Source: Podarcis filfolensis
Lineage: Eukaryota
DNA: 64,000 nucleotides
NCBI GenBank assembly: GCA_964270895.1
Contig: OZ185442.1
Strand: one strand, 5' to 3'
The translations under genes and the position numbers were made by a program. Below, piece after piece: positions 13,356-25,817 of the stretch; position 1 is the stretch's first letter, and each line of letters opens with the position of its first letter. Under the pieces are notes generated by a model, which was given only the letters and a program-made list of their open reading frames with translations, was not told the DNA's origin and did no database searches.

Positions 13356-14962
13356 TCTCCTTAGACAAGAATTCTTTCTGGCCCTACTTGTAGGGCTAGC
13401 AGGGGGGACGTAAAGGGGGCCTCCTGCATGCACAGCATGTGTTCTGCTCCTGAACTTATGAAGAGCCTGCTGGATGAGCTACACAAGTCAGGTACAGCAA
13501 CATGCTTTGTGGAAACATTCCTGTCTCCAACTTGGGAGGGCTGTTTGCTGCCTCCTGCTCCTCTTATAGCCCAGGAAGAGCTCCCTTGCCTTGCTAGAGA
13601 GAGCTTGCCTGAACTCTTCCCCGGGTGCTGTGCTCTCCTGATCCCTGGCTGCCAGATGGGGCTGCCTGCTACCACTGCCATGGCTCTGGTTTTGATTTAA
13701 CTGTACTCTGCTCTCCCACATCCAGCTGCCAATAGAAGCCAAGCCGCACATAAACACAGAGACAAAAAAACAGCAAGAGCTGGAGTTCTCCATCTACTCC
13801 AGATCTCTACGCACAATCTTGCCCAGCAGCACCGGTCAGATTAAACATGAAGGAAGAGACTATGGAGACTTGCAGAACCAAGAGGAGAGGGGATGTCCCA
13901 AGGAGCTGGACATCCGGACTGCAAGGACCAGTGTTCGAAACTCCCATTGTTCTAGGCGCATTTTGTGACAGGGAATTTCATTAGCACAAGCAGTTTCTGA
14001 GCTCTGGGCGCAGTACTGCACCTAAGATTTCAGATTAAAACTGCAGAGTGGAAGGAAAGGAGGACCTTTTTCTGCCTCCCCACTTCCAGCTACTCTCTGA
14101 AGACTGGAGAAGAAACCCTCTTAAGAATATTGGGGGGTGGGCAAGGGAAGGAGTAGACCATGTGAAAAATGAACATAATCTTTTAGCTGCAGTTGAATGA
14201 ATTTTCAGCTTTGAATTCTTGTTATAAAAAAGCGCACCTAGACATTCTGTTGTTGCACCCATAACCTAGATTTAAGGTGCAATTTAGCTCCTAGCTTTTA
14301 TATCTCAGTTTCTAATGCTGGTCAGAAGGAGGCAATTCCTACAAATATATTCCAGGTGGCAAGATGTGGTATTTGTTAAGCCTCTCTTATGGAAATGATG
14401 AAAGTAACATTCCGCATATGACATCATGCAAAACCACCTCAGGATAACTTGGCTACAGTGCACCTCAATGCTGCCACAGATACACTTGATGAGCAAAATC
14501 CAATAATCAACAAGGAGAGAATGCAATCAAGACTCTTTCCCAGGATGAACAACAACAACAACATTCCCTGGCCAGACTGCCCAATGCAGAAGGCATTTGT
14601 AAGTGTAGAAAAAGCATGCACCCATTTTCTGCTGGATTCTAGAATGTCACAAATGGAGAGGACGAAGCATCTAGACCACCAGGCTTGAAACTCAACTTGG
14701 CTTCAAAGAAATTGCAGCACAACCCTCCTTGGTCCAAAATGCTCAGGTAGACATGCTCTATCAAAAATCAAAACCACAACCTGGGGAACTCCCTCCCTGC
14801 CCCCTTTTAAAATTATGTTCACATCCATTTTGTGCTGTAAAATAATTTTATGACATATACGACAAACTAGTCAGAAAGTCTGCCTTGGAGACTTCCCTGT
14901 GATCTTTGCCCATGCATGATGCAGAGGGAATCTCACCCTGCTTCTCAAAATCATCCGTTCAC

Positions 14963-15079
14963 CATGCCTTTGCCAACCTGGCACCCTCCATCTGCCCTGT
15001 ACTACAATTCCCACCTGCCTTTGCCAGCGCACCTTTGGTACTCCAAAACATCTGAAGGGCACCAGGTTGGCAAAGGATA
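14963..15079. mobile_element. Hairpin hAT-type MITE
   Basis: gcctttgccaacctggcaccctcca / tgaagggcaccaggttggcaaagg inverted termini; ACTACAATTCCCA at 15001-15013. Confidence 0.8.
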
Positions 15080-16767
15080 GGTTAGCTAGCTAGTATCCCC
15101 CACTTGCTGTGTTTATTGTGAGTCCCTCCAGTTATTCTCTCAAAATGGTTTATCTGAAAAGTGACAGTTCAGTTGTTCAGGAAATAGGATGGTGGCAACT
15201 ACTTACATGGCTTCTTTGCCTCCTTGATAATTTGTCTTTGTCCCTGCCAGCTGGCTCTAGCCACTTGCCCACTCTACTTTGGCATGTGTTGAAGTCATCA
15301 TGGGTAAGGTGCCCCACAAGGCCCATTAATAACACCTACCCAGGGCCCACTGCTTTGAGCAGCACTGGGGGGTGGGGTGGGGGAGGCTGGGTCGAGTTAC
15401 TATTTTAATTTTCCCCAATGCCCCCAGTACAGAATTACCCCAGGGCATTGTGGGAATCAGGCCCAGTTGCCTGCCACTGCTTGCAGCAAGGACTGCAGCA
15501 ACTAAGAAAGACTCCCAGGGCTCCTGGAGAGAGGACAAGGCCCACCAATCAGATGGAGCTGGTGCTGGCCACACAGGTTGTTGGGTAGATCCCCATAATC
15601 TATGTGCTGCCTAATCTTCTGCAGTTCTAAATAAATCAACATTGTTGTATTATATTGCCAAGGCACTCTAGGGAAGTACCATTTAAATGAAAAAGCACAG
15701 CCAGAAAAGCATTAGTACTAAATAAAATACAAAAGGGTGTTAAAAATGGTGCCCATCACAAAAGTTATAGTGAACATGTGCTGAGATTCAAGCCCACTGG
15801 GGTGCATGGAACATAGTTGAATGACCACATAGAAAAAATGCAGCAGTTATCAGGAGTCAATCCATGGCAATTCTGCTTGCAGATTACAGTTGAAGTATAG
15901 TGACTATGAACACTAGAAGCCCCCCGACTCCATCAGAAAACAGCCCAAGGCAATGCACAACATTTTGCTGAAAATCATCAACCTATTGCCGAAAAACGTG
16001 CCACGAAAACCATAAGCAGTACTGTCCTTTGACAATTTTGGAATGCAACTGCTGACTGGAGTCTGGCATCCTATGGCAACAGCAGAGCCAATGCAGACCC
16101 AAGCAGGTCAGCCAATGAATGTGGAAGAGAAGAGAAGAGAAGCAGGGCAGGTGTCAAGTGTATGTTAACTCTCAGGGTTGGATTGATAGCAAGGCATGTT
16201 GCCTAGCAGCCAGAGGAGAAGGAAGACACTCAGTGCAGCCATGTGGGTTTTCAAAAAAAAATTAAAGTGGAAAAATTTCAGATGCAAATTAAGGTAATTT
16301 GCATTGAAAAAAATTCAGTTTGCATCGGAAAATTATCTTCTACCCAGGAGTGATCTCATTTCGGATGTTTACTGTATTACTCAGCAGATATTCTCCCAGC
16401 TGCTTGCAGTGCGGTTTGCAGGGCATCATCTCTCCCTCCCTGGCAAAACTGACTCGCAGTGGAAACCCCTGGAGTGCCTGTGGTTATACAAAGCCCTAGT
16501 CACCGGGCTGGGTCAGTGGCCTGCGTGGCGTCCAGAGGAACCTGGGCCTTCAGAGGCACAGTTGTCCTAGCCACAGAGGCCTCTGTCTCTCTGCCAGGGA
16601 AAAGCTCAAGCAGTCAACTGCAGCGCTTTTCATTTCTCACCCAGCTCATCTTCCTCTGCCTGCCCTGTGCCAGACGGATGGGTTGCCATGTCTGCAGCTA
16701 AGCCTCTCGGGGAAGTCTTTTTTTGTAAAAAAAATAAAATTGTGTGTTGCCTACCCAAGGGAGAGAA

Positions 16768-17225
16768 AATGAAGATGTCGGCTCAGTGTGCAGCAGCTGT
16801 GAAAGAGGCAAATTCCATGCTAGGGATCATTAGGAAAGGAATTTAAAATAAAACTGCCAATACCATAATGCTGTTAAACAAATCTATGCTGCAACTGCTC
16901 TTGGGATATTGTGTACAGTCCAGGTCCCCTCACCCCAAAAAGGATATTGTAGACCTGGAAAAGGTTTAGAAAAAGGCAGCCAAAAGGATCAAGGTGAAGA
17001 AAGGTTGCAGCATTTGAGGCTTTTTAGTTTAGAGAAAAAGGATGTACGAAGCAACAAGACAGAAGTTTATAATAGCTATGCTCTACCTTCACTATCAGAG
17101 GCAGTATGCGTCTGAATACCAGTTGCTGGAGGGGAGAGTGCTGCTGAGCTCAGGTCCAGCTTGAAGGCTCCCCATAAGGTCATTTGACTGGCCACTACTG
17201 GATGCTGAACTAGATGTGCCGTTGG
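16768..17225 (+). mobile_element. CR1 LINE 3' fragment
   Basis: QCAAAVKxANSMLGII..YCVQ..PHxKKDI..LEK motifs and 3' UTR gaataccagttgctgg..gctgaactagatg. Confidence 0.85.
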
Positions 17226-17272
17226 CAAGTGGCACAGTCACAGCATGTGCCAAGTGGCACAGTCACAGCATG
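17226..17272. repeat. Tandem duplication, 22-bp unit caagtggcacagtcacagcatg at 25-bp period
   Basis: Two identical copies starting at 17226 and 17251. Confidence 0.9.
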
Positions 17273-19513
17273 CCAAAATGATGGCAACAGCATGAAGCCA
17301 CCATGTGCAATGGGAAGCTTCTCTCTTTTGCAGTATTTCTTGTTGCACTTCCTCATTCAACACTGATATTCCTGTCAGGCCCAATGCCTAAAGGGATCCT
17401 GGCACTCAAGCCCAGCAAGCCCAAAGGCTGACACTTAACCCTTGAATGACAAGACATTCTCAGGAAGGCTCAGTGTCATGCCACCAGGCAGTTCCTGGGT
17501 TGAAATGGACCTGAACCATCTTGTTTGGCCACATGGAACCTCCAGCTGCAGAAGCAGCGTGCACCCCTCAAACTCCAGTGGCTATGGGGCCTCCAACTCC
17601 ACTTGTAGGCCTCTCAGAGGCATCTCTGACTGACCACTGCAGGGAGTAGAGGGGCCTGTGGGTGGTGTGACAAGGTAAGGTGCTTAACAACAGTGGGGCC
17701 CTTGTTCTGTTTAACTCAAATGCCTCTTTCCTCTATGCTGCAGGGTCAAGCTGTGAAAATGCTAGGTCTCTGCAAGTCCACAGCAGAAGGGCTGCTTGTG
17801 AACGGTGCTGACTGATGGCATCAACTGTGATGCTAAGAAACTGCTTCCCTTCCCAGCTCCAGAAGAGTATTTTAAAAAAGCAACAGAGGAATGTTTCAAA
17901 TATATATATATCTAAAAGCAGGTAGCCCAACGTAGCGATTAAGGCAGGGCAAGTCCAATGGCAACCCAGCCAGATGGGCAGGGTATAAATAATAAAATTA
18001 TTATGAATATTATGTGTGACAATTCCTCCCCCACCCCCATTTCCTCTCCACTTCTTCTGTTGTTTCCTGTGTACCATATTCCACACTGCAAGCTCCAGAG
18101 CCAAGGCATCCTCTCACTCTTCCTAAAGCACCATTTTCATGGATAGTCCTAGATCAGTAATAAAGGGGTAGTTGTCATTCAAGCTGAGAAGTCAGGAGGG
18201 AAGTAGGATTTCCGTTTGTCATTGAGGGGCCCACCAAGAGTTATTTTCTGTATTATATCCACCTTCACCCCATATTCCACCTCCTCTCTGACACTTTAGG
18301 CAGGAGAGCTACAGGACGAGGCCCAAGCATCTCCTCTCAGGGGTTGCCACCACCTGGCCCTCGCAGCCAAACAATCCGCTGCTCCTCTGAAGCCAGACAA
18401 AACTCTGCAGCTGCTCATCTTCTGCTCAAAGCGCAAAGCCAACTGTCACTTTGCTGCTTCTGGCACACCTGTCACGGATGGTCCCCACTGCAGGCAGGCA
18501 GCCACTGCAGACCCCAGAGCTATTTTCAGAATGCTTTGGAGAGATGGTTTTGGAAGTGTTGCCAGTCTCCACACCACATATACTCCCTATCACACACACG
18601 CTATTTTAATCCTTAAGTTGTACTTTTGCAGGGTAGCCTAAATATCAATCATCATTGCAGACAACAGATTCAGAGATGGATGTTTACAGAGAAAGGGTTA
18701 ATATTAAGATGGCAGTGAGCTGGACAGAAGAAAAATAAAGTTTTGTACGAATGTTGTGCACATGAAGGGGGAGGATTAAGCACTGCCTACCACAGAGAAC
18801 TAATGAATCAGCAGCATGTCATCGGCAATAAAACACCACCCGCATATTATCCACCATATTGCCTATACTTCTCCACCAAGTAGCATGGGATGCCAATATG
18901 AAATTAATGTAAAATTAAGCTGTTGTGCATATGGTGCCCATTACATGGAATGACCAAGTCCACATCTGCTAATCTGGGAGAGAGACAATGAGTTCCCCAC
19001 AGCACCTGCTCAGATATGCCATCAAGAGAGGAAGGGAGGGTTGCCTCCTGTACCTGTATTTGGGACTCACTTCCTCACTTGGCCCAGCCAACATGGTCCA
19101 GAGAGAGGCTTGTGGGCCAATATCATTATCCTCCTTTAAGTCTGACTCCTCCAGGACAATCACACCTGCTGGCTGGGATAAATTGGCTGTAATATACAAG
19201 TAATATACAAGAGGACCAAAATATGAAAAGAACTTTGATCTGCAGTCACCCTTCATCACATTGTACAAAAGAAAAGACTAAGAATTCTGCTGCAATGGAG
19301 TCCTCCAAGAAGTTCATGGCAACAAACAGAATTGACCAGGGAGCTGCAGAGAAGAGAGATAATAACAGCCCTATGGTTTCATTGTGAGTAATGCTAACAA
19401 TGTGTGATCCCTATCCCACCTTTTCGTATATAAGCTAAAACCTGAAGTGAAGAATAGAGAAGCCCAACAGCAGGACTGAAAAATAACAAGGGGTTCTAGG
19501 GGTTTCTGTAAAT

Positions 19514-19866
19514 CATAAGCTAAACGCAGGTCAACTCTGATGTGGTGGCGAAATAGACAAATGCAATTCTAGGCTACATTAGCAGAAAAAAGGCATCTAG
19601 AAGATGTTATTGTAACAGCATCACCCATCTCTGCTTAGGTTGCACTACAGCTGGACTGCCATGCCCACTTCTGCGTGCCACAGTTTAAGAAGGATATTGG
19701 TAGACTGGAAAACATCCAGAAAGGGCAGGAGGCCAAGTCCTAAGAGGAGGAGAGGCCTACAGTGCTTTGAATGTGTAGCCTGGGTAAGAGGATTAAGAGG
19801 TGAGACGATAGCCATCTTCAAAGAACTGAAAGGCTGTCACAAAGATGATGGACCAAACTTCCTTTG
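19514..19866 (+). mobile_element. CR1 LINE fragment
   Basis: ANAILG..PQFKKDIGRLENIQ..RGxxIAIFKxLKGCH motifs. Confidence 0.8.
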
Positions 19867-19974
19867 TCTAATTAGCTCAGAAAGGACTACTCTGGCAGAA
19901 GCAGCCCCTCTGAGGGTCTCTGTCAGAGAGAAAAGTCTTTCTCAGCCTGCTCCTGAGGAGTCTTTAACCAAAGT

Positions 19975-20198
19975 AGCTGGAGATTGAACCTGGAACCTTC
20001 TGCATGCAAAGCATCCGTTCTGCTAGGAAGAACATCGGAAGAGCCCTTCAGCAGCTGGATCAGACCAAAGGGGGCTCATCTAGTCATGCATCCTGTTCGC
20101 ACAGCAGCCAACTAGATGCCCAGTGGGAAACCCACAAGCTGGACCTGAGCACAAGAGGGTCCTCCCCTCCTATGGTTTCCAGCAACTGGGATTCAGAA
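19975..20198 (-). mobile_element. SINE head fragment (19975-20024) abutting a CR1 3' end (20028-20198)
   Basis: ttgaacctggaaccttctgcatgcaaagc is the reverse of the tRNA-like head; aagaacat..agagcc..ctggatcagacc..catctagtc..gcatcctgtt is the reverse of the CR1 tail. Confidence 0.75.
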
Positions 20199-20239
20199 TG
20201 GATAGTCAGACCTGCTAGGAAAGACTGATGCAGCTGTAC

Positions 20240-20586
20240 AGGTCCAGGATGGAGAGGGAACAGTTTTAGAGGTGAAATGATAGCCGTCTGCAAATACCTG
20301 GTGTAGATGACAAGGCAAATTTATTTTGTGTTCTTCCAGGATGCAGGATCAATAAGTTCAAATTACAAGAAGTGAGAATTTTGAGCAAACATTAGGAAAA
20401 ATGTCCAGCGTACGTGCTGCTTTGACAGTGGGACAAACTGCCTCATAAGGTGGCCACCTCTCCTTTGTTAGAGGCACCTCAGCAAGGGCTGGATGGAAGC
20501 TGTGACAGGTTTCCTGCAAGGGGGGGGGGACGCGTTTCAACTAGATGTCCTTTGAGATCCCTTTCCCACATGTCAAACTCCAATGT
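20240..20586 (+). mobile_element. CR1 LINE 3' fragment
   Basis: RGxMIAVxKYL..KLQE..NIRKN..QWxKLP motifs and degraded 3' UTR. Confidence 0.75.
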
Positions 20587-22938
20587 TACAGGTCAGACTC
20601 CAGTCAGCTCCTCACCTGATCTTGTTTGAGAGTTGGGCAGCAGCTGGAGCTATGCATTCTGTGTGACCTTATCCTGCCCCTTCCTTGGCCTGCACACCAA
20701 GCAGTGGACCCCGCTCAGTCCACATAGACAAAAAATAAAAATCACTCATTAACAGAGAAGTGAAACCCTTACTGCTTCTGCCCAAGGACAGGAGGCCCAA
20801 CTGTTCTCATAACCACAAGCCCTTGAAGAACGAACTGAAACACCTTGCAGGTCAAGGGTCTGTGGAGCAGGCACAGCCCCCTGGATCCAATGCTGAGGAT
20901 CCGCTTGAGAGGCCCTGTGGGTTGATCCCTGGTGAAGAACCCCTACAAGTGTCAGATGAGGCTCCTCACTTGACATTCCCTGTACAGTCCTCAAGAATGC
21001 CGGCACCCAAAGCTTGGGATCCAGACCAAAAACGACCTAGTATGTGCCTATGGATACAGTCACAGGTCTACCCATGCGTATGCAATCTCTGATACTACTC
21101 CATTTTCACTGCCAGCAGCTGTGGTTTCAGAGACCAGAGGGTATAAGGCCTCCCAGTTAAGCCCCCCAGTAGCTGTAAATAAAAATGGGTTTCTGTCTCC
21201 TTGTTGAACTCCCTATGAGCCAAACTATGTTTCCAGATTACATTTTGGATCTAGAGTGGTTGTCTCTGCTTGACTTCAACTTGTTGAGACTATGCTACAC
21301 CTTGAACCCTGTGTTTTGGTAAAAGGGTTTGTCCTTATTGGGATGAGAGCCTAGCCTGGTCCCTAAGGGCACCCACTGAAGCACAGCATAGCCCAGGCTA
21401 CAGACTAGAGCTACAAACAGCTGCACACAGGGTGTTCCTGGTGGTCCCTGCACTTTAGGGTTCTCATTTGGGGATGCAATGTGTCTTCAGCCACCAGCAA
21501 TGTGGATGCTGGCTGCTTTGTGAATTCAGCAGGAAAGAAATGAATGACTCAAACAAGCAAGAAGGAAATGAATGAAGCAAACAGCTGGAAAATCCAGGGC
21601 AGGCAAGTTGCCTCTTCTTCCCCCTAAAATGGCGATAAATGCTTTCACCAACTTGGTGTCCTCCAGATTATTTAAACAGAAGGTGATAAATCATGCTGAC
21701 TGTGGTTGATAGATGGTTGTGGTCCAAAACATATGAAAAGCACCAAGCTGGTGAAGGCTGGCATTGGCCAGGGCCTCCTGGCTCTCCCCTAGGTCCAGCT
21801 GCATTGGCACTATCTGTCCAGGCCCTCCATGGGGCACCCCTTGTTCTGAGAGTGGGAGGCTTCCTTCTCCCTGCCCCCACAAGGATCCAAGCCTCAAGAA
21901 CTCACTGCAACCTTTTTTGTCCTCTCCCTGGCTCTGAAGGGCTCTAGAGCAGAAAATGGCTTCCCCACCCGCCTCTTGCCCCTGGGGCAAAGCTCCTGGA
22001 AACAGGGCGGCATCAAAGCTGGAGGTTAGCCCATACCTGGGCTTCCTGAGAGTTGCAGCTTCAATGTGAGAAAATTTTGTAAATGGTATACAAGCAGGTC
22101 TAGGATGAGGCATCCAGTTTTTTGAGTTCCACTGAACCACCCAGGGCATCTCTCCCTTTTCATTCCTCAGAAGAAGATATGGGAAGGGAATCAACAGACT
22201 TGAGAAAGTCTTAAACCCCTCACTTGCATGCTTCCTTTTGTCTGAAAAATCAGAAGCCCCTGCTAACTTTATCCACATGTAAACATAAAGGCCTCCAGCC
22301 CCTGCATCTAGTTTTGGCTTTACTAACTTTTCATTGCTAACCTGGCCTGCACCTGTGTACAATTAACATCTGGAAGGGGAGATGGAAGCCTGCAGTATCC
22401 ACACACTTAAAGTGTTTTGTGCAATGAGCCTGAGTGTCATCAGTGGCAGAAAATGATGCTCAATCCACACCAGGGGAATTTAAAATTATGGAACATGGTG
22501 GTCTGTCAGTGCTTTGGAGATGGTCAAAGTTTATCCCAATATTTAAGAGCACCTAGAAAGGCCCATCCCCCATGAAAGGCTTGTTCAATAAAACGAGACC
22601 GAGTGCCTGGCTACATTCTCCTTGCATTCCTGAAGCTCAACCTGCGACCTCATCATCCTCCCATTCATTCAAGGCTTAACCTTTGAGCTGTGCTTTCCCC
22701 TACTTCCACTTCATTTGTAAATTCTAAATGAAATGGTAACAATTATTTTAGCTCTGTTAGATTAATTAACAGCCACATCCTATCCTCCAGTGATGTCGAC
22801 TGGGCAGTCCAGGACTACCTCTCAGTCACTTAGTGCTGGCATCACATGATGAGACCTCGTGACTCATCCTATGTATGTCCACCATCCACTCTGTGGAGAA
22901 AGGGGCACAGCGGAAGAAGTGGAGACATGGCCCCTTGC

Positions 22939-22940
22939 AA

Positions 22941-22972
<32 letters not shown>
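22939..22972. repeat. (CA)n microsatellite
   Basis: Directly visible. Confidence 0.9.
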
Positions 22973-22973
<1 letters not shown>

Positions 22974-23774
22974 AGGCATCTTAACTCCTCTAAGAACCAT
23001 CTGCTGTTCTACAGATGCTAAACCATGCTTCTCTGGATGGCAGGAGGCTGATAAACTCAGCAGCCAACTGGAAGATTAGTAGCCATGGCAAGGAAATCAA
23101 CTCACCTGCAGCAGTGCAACTCTGCCTGAAGCCATGGTAGAAGAAGCATGGAGGCGGTGTGTGACTGAGAACTTGGTCCAGCTCACAAGCCTCCAGCAGC
23201 CAAGGGCAACAGAAATGCGGAAGCCGGTGCAAGCTGTCTTAATGCTTGCAGCCTCAGAAACTGGGCATTAAGACCAACCACAAAGCCACAGGGGAAACAG
23301 CCAGCCAGGCCAAAGCAGTCCTCACCGACACACAGAACAGCGGGCTAGGAAGAATAGAAAGGCCACTGGCCAGGCACCCACACCTCATGAAACACTCTCA
23401 GAACAGAGGGAGGAGTGCAGGTCAGAGTCTCCTGCAAAACCGACACTTCAGCATGACTTGTATGTAAGTGGAGACTCACGTGGGCAACAAACCCCACCAA
23501 GGCCAGGAAAGCTCCAACAATACACTGAGGAAGGAAATGGGGAGTCCAGGCAGTCAGGGAACACTGGCAGAACTGCAAGCCAAACACTTGGTTCTGTGGA
23601 GCCTTTCTTGCAGGAATCCAAACAGATAACAGGGGCCATGGAAGCAAGCCCTACTGAGGAGGCCTACGTGATGCCTAACATCACCATCACCTCTCTCGGC
23701 AGGTGAGCCTGTTGGCAAAGGCATTAAGAGGACCAGGTGAGCGCACCTTAGTGACATAGTGGTAGGTGTGTTTG

Positions 23775-23846
23775 AACTGTGTCTTCCATCTGCCCCAGCT
23801 AGCATGGCCAATGGGACTTGTAGTCCTACAACATCTGGAGGAAACC
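23775..23846. mobile_element. Half hairpin hAT-type MITE
   Basis: gggacttgtagtcctacaacatctggagg..ctggctacccctg arm. Confidence 0.6.
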
Positions 23847-25749
23847 ATGCTGGCTACCCCTGTGTACATGAAGGGCGGCAGAGAGAATGCCCCCCATGGG
23901 CCTCAAGAGATGGCAGCAGTGCACCCAGCACGAAGCCCAGGAGCACCTGACTGGATACAGAAGGCTCTATTGCCAGGCATCTCCTTGGGATGAGGGTCTA
24001 CTTGGCTGAGAGAAGATCCAGCTGCAAACAATGACTCAGCAGATGATAAGGAAGAAGAGGAGCAGCAGGCAGGAAGGGCTTAAGGGCCTTCCTCTCAGGC
24101 CCTTGCTGGCTTAACAGTTTTCTAGCTCTCACACCAGGTGCTCATCATGAACAAAACTGCCCTTGCTGCTGTCCCAGGGCGTGTTTCTGGCTGTTAAGAA
24201 ACCAAAGCATACAAAAAAGCAGGGACAGAAAAGTAGAACTGAGGGAGGGGAGAAATGAGGAAAAAATTTAAACTGCAGGTTATAGTGGTATAAAACTAGT
24301 TTGAGGTCTGAAGGGGTTAAATGGTTGTTTTTAATGATGCAACCTGCCCTGGGACCTTTGGGTGAAGGACAGGTAATTAATCAAACAATGACACGGTTTT
24401 CCTAAAATGTTGGGAGGGGTTTCTGAATGAATGGGAATGACTCCCCCACTGCTTGGAAGAGAATGCTTCTGAAGAACTCTGCTGCCTTATCTCAGAGCAA
24501 AGCTGCTGGCTTTAGCCCAGGCTGGGGGTGACTCCATCATCCTTCATCATTGGCCATGATGGCTGGGGCTGATGGGACATGATGAAGGGCACAGGCTCCC
24601 CAGTCCACAGAATTATTTGGGAAACTTCAATGAAAAACCACCATGCAGGTGCTTGGGGCGGCTTCTGATGCAGCTGGTCAGAGTAAAGGAAAGGGAAAGT
24701 AGAGGCCCTGGAGAAGGCAGGTGGGGGGAACCCTTCTCACTTGCAATTGGAGGGCCATCCTGGGCCCAGGAATAGACTCAGGGGGCTCTTCAAACATCCA
24801 TGGGCTTCTAAGGATTGTATGCCAGTTTTAAGAGGAAGCTTGGTGCTTTAGGAACACCCTTGGGTGTTCAGTGGTCATAAGAGGACAGGGGAAGAGAAAG
24901 GGAGGCAACTCATCAAACTGGGCATTGAATGCAGGATCCCAGCAGCCACAGGAGCTTCCATCACCTTCATGAATTATTTACTATTATTTAAAAGATGCAA
25001 GATCCGAGCCAGTTCATTTGAAGGGAGTTTACGCTCCCAGGTTTTTTCTGGTGCTTTATTCTGGTAATTACTATGATTATAATTTTAAGTCTGTCTTAGA
25101 TTATTTGTTGCATTCTATTCTGCATTACGATTTTAATTGTTCCAATGATTACTTTTCAAATGGTCGTCTACTGCCGTGGGAAGTGGCTCCTCCAGGATCT
25201 AGCTACCCACAGTTCCTGAAGCACTAACAGTATCTAACAACACGCCCCCCCCTCAACAATCTCTGCGAGGAAAACCCACACATGTGTGAGCACACGCCGC
25301 TCCCTCCTCACTTGGTATAGCCAGAAATGGAGGGGGGGTTTAAGTGCATATTAAGCAAGTGAGTGACATCTGCAGCACGCTGCATTTTAATGCAAAACTA
25401 ATTTTGCTGAAGCAGGGCCAGCCTTTGGATGGGTTGCCTTCCTCCCTTCTACTTTGTTGCACCAGTTACAACTCAGGTTAAGTGGGACACACAGCTCTCA
25501 GAATTGAGGCCATCTTGAGTCCCCCTTGAGAGAAGAGAAACTGGAAATCAAACTTAGCAGTAGGGGGGAAACTGGCGAGTGGGTGGGATCTGTCCAGCTC
25601 CATGATTTGATGCAGCAAGGAGAAACATGGCACTTTGTGCCTGTGCCCAACTTTGACAATGAAATGTGGCTCGGAACAAGGTATCCAGGAAACTGCTTCA
25701 TGCCTCAGGAGCCAGTGCCAGAACTGGAACCAGAAATAGAACCAGGGGT

Positions 25750-25817
25750 CTGGCTGGAACAGCTGGTGGGAGTTGTAGTCCAAAACACCTGGAGGGAGCC
25801 AGGCTGAGGAAGACTGA
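25750..25817. mobile_element. Half hairpin hAT-type MITE
   Basis: tgggagttgtagtccaaaacacctggagggagccaggctgaggaagactg. Confidence 0.7.

Noticed and set aside
21691-22362. 223-aa minus-strand ORF in MTSS2 intron 1
   Set aside because: No recognisable domain or viral/TE motif and no splice or promoter support; a BLASTp/Ribo-seq check would be needed to rescue it.
23380-24110. Coding-looking + strand stretch with a gtgag donor (..ITITSLG/gtgag; EDPAANNDSADDKEEEE)
   Set aside because: No homology I recognise, no consistent exon chain, and it is interrupted by a MITE arm; it may be a degraded repeat.
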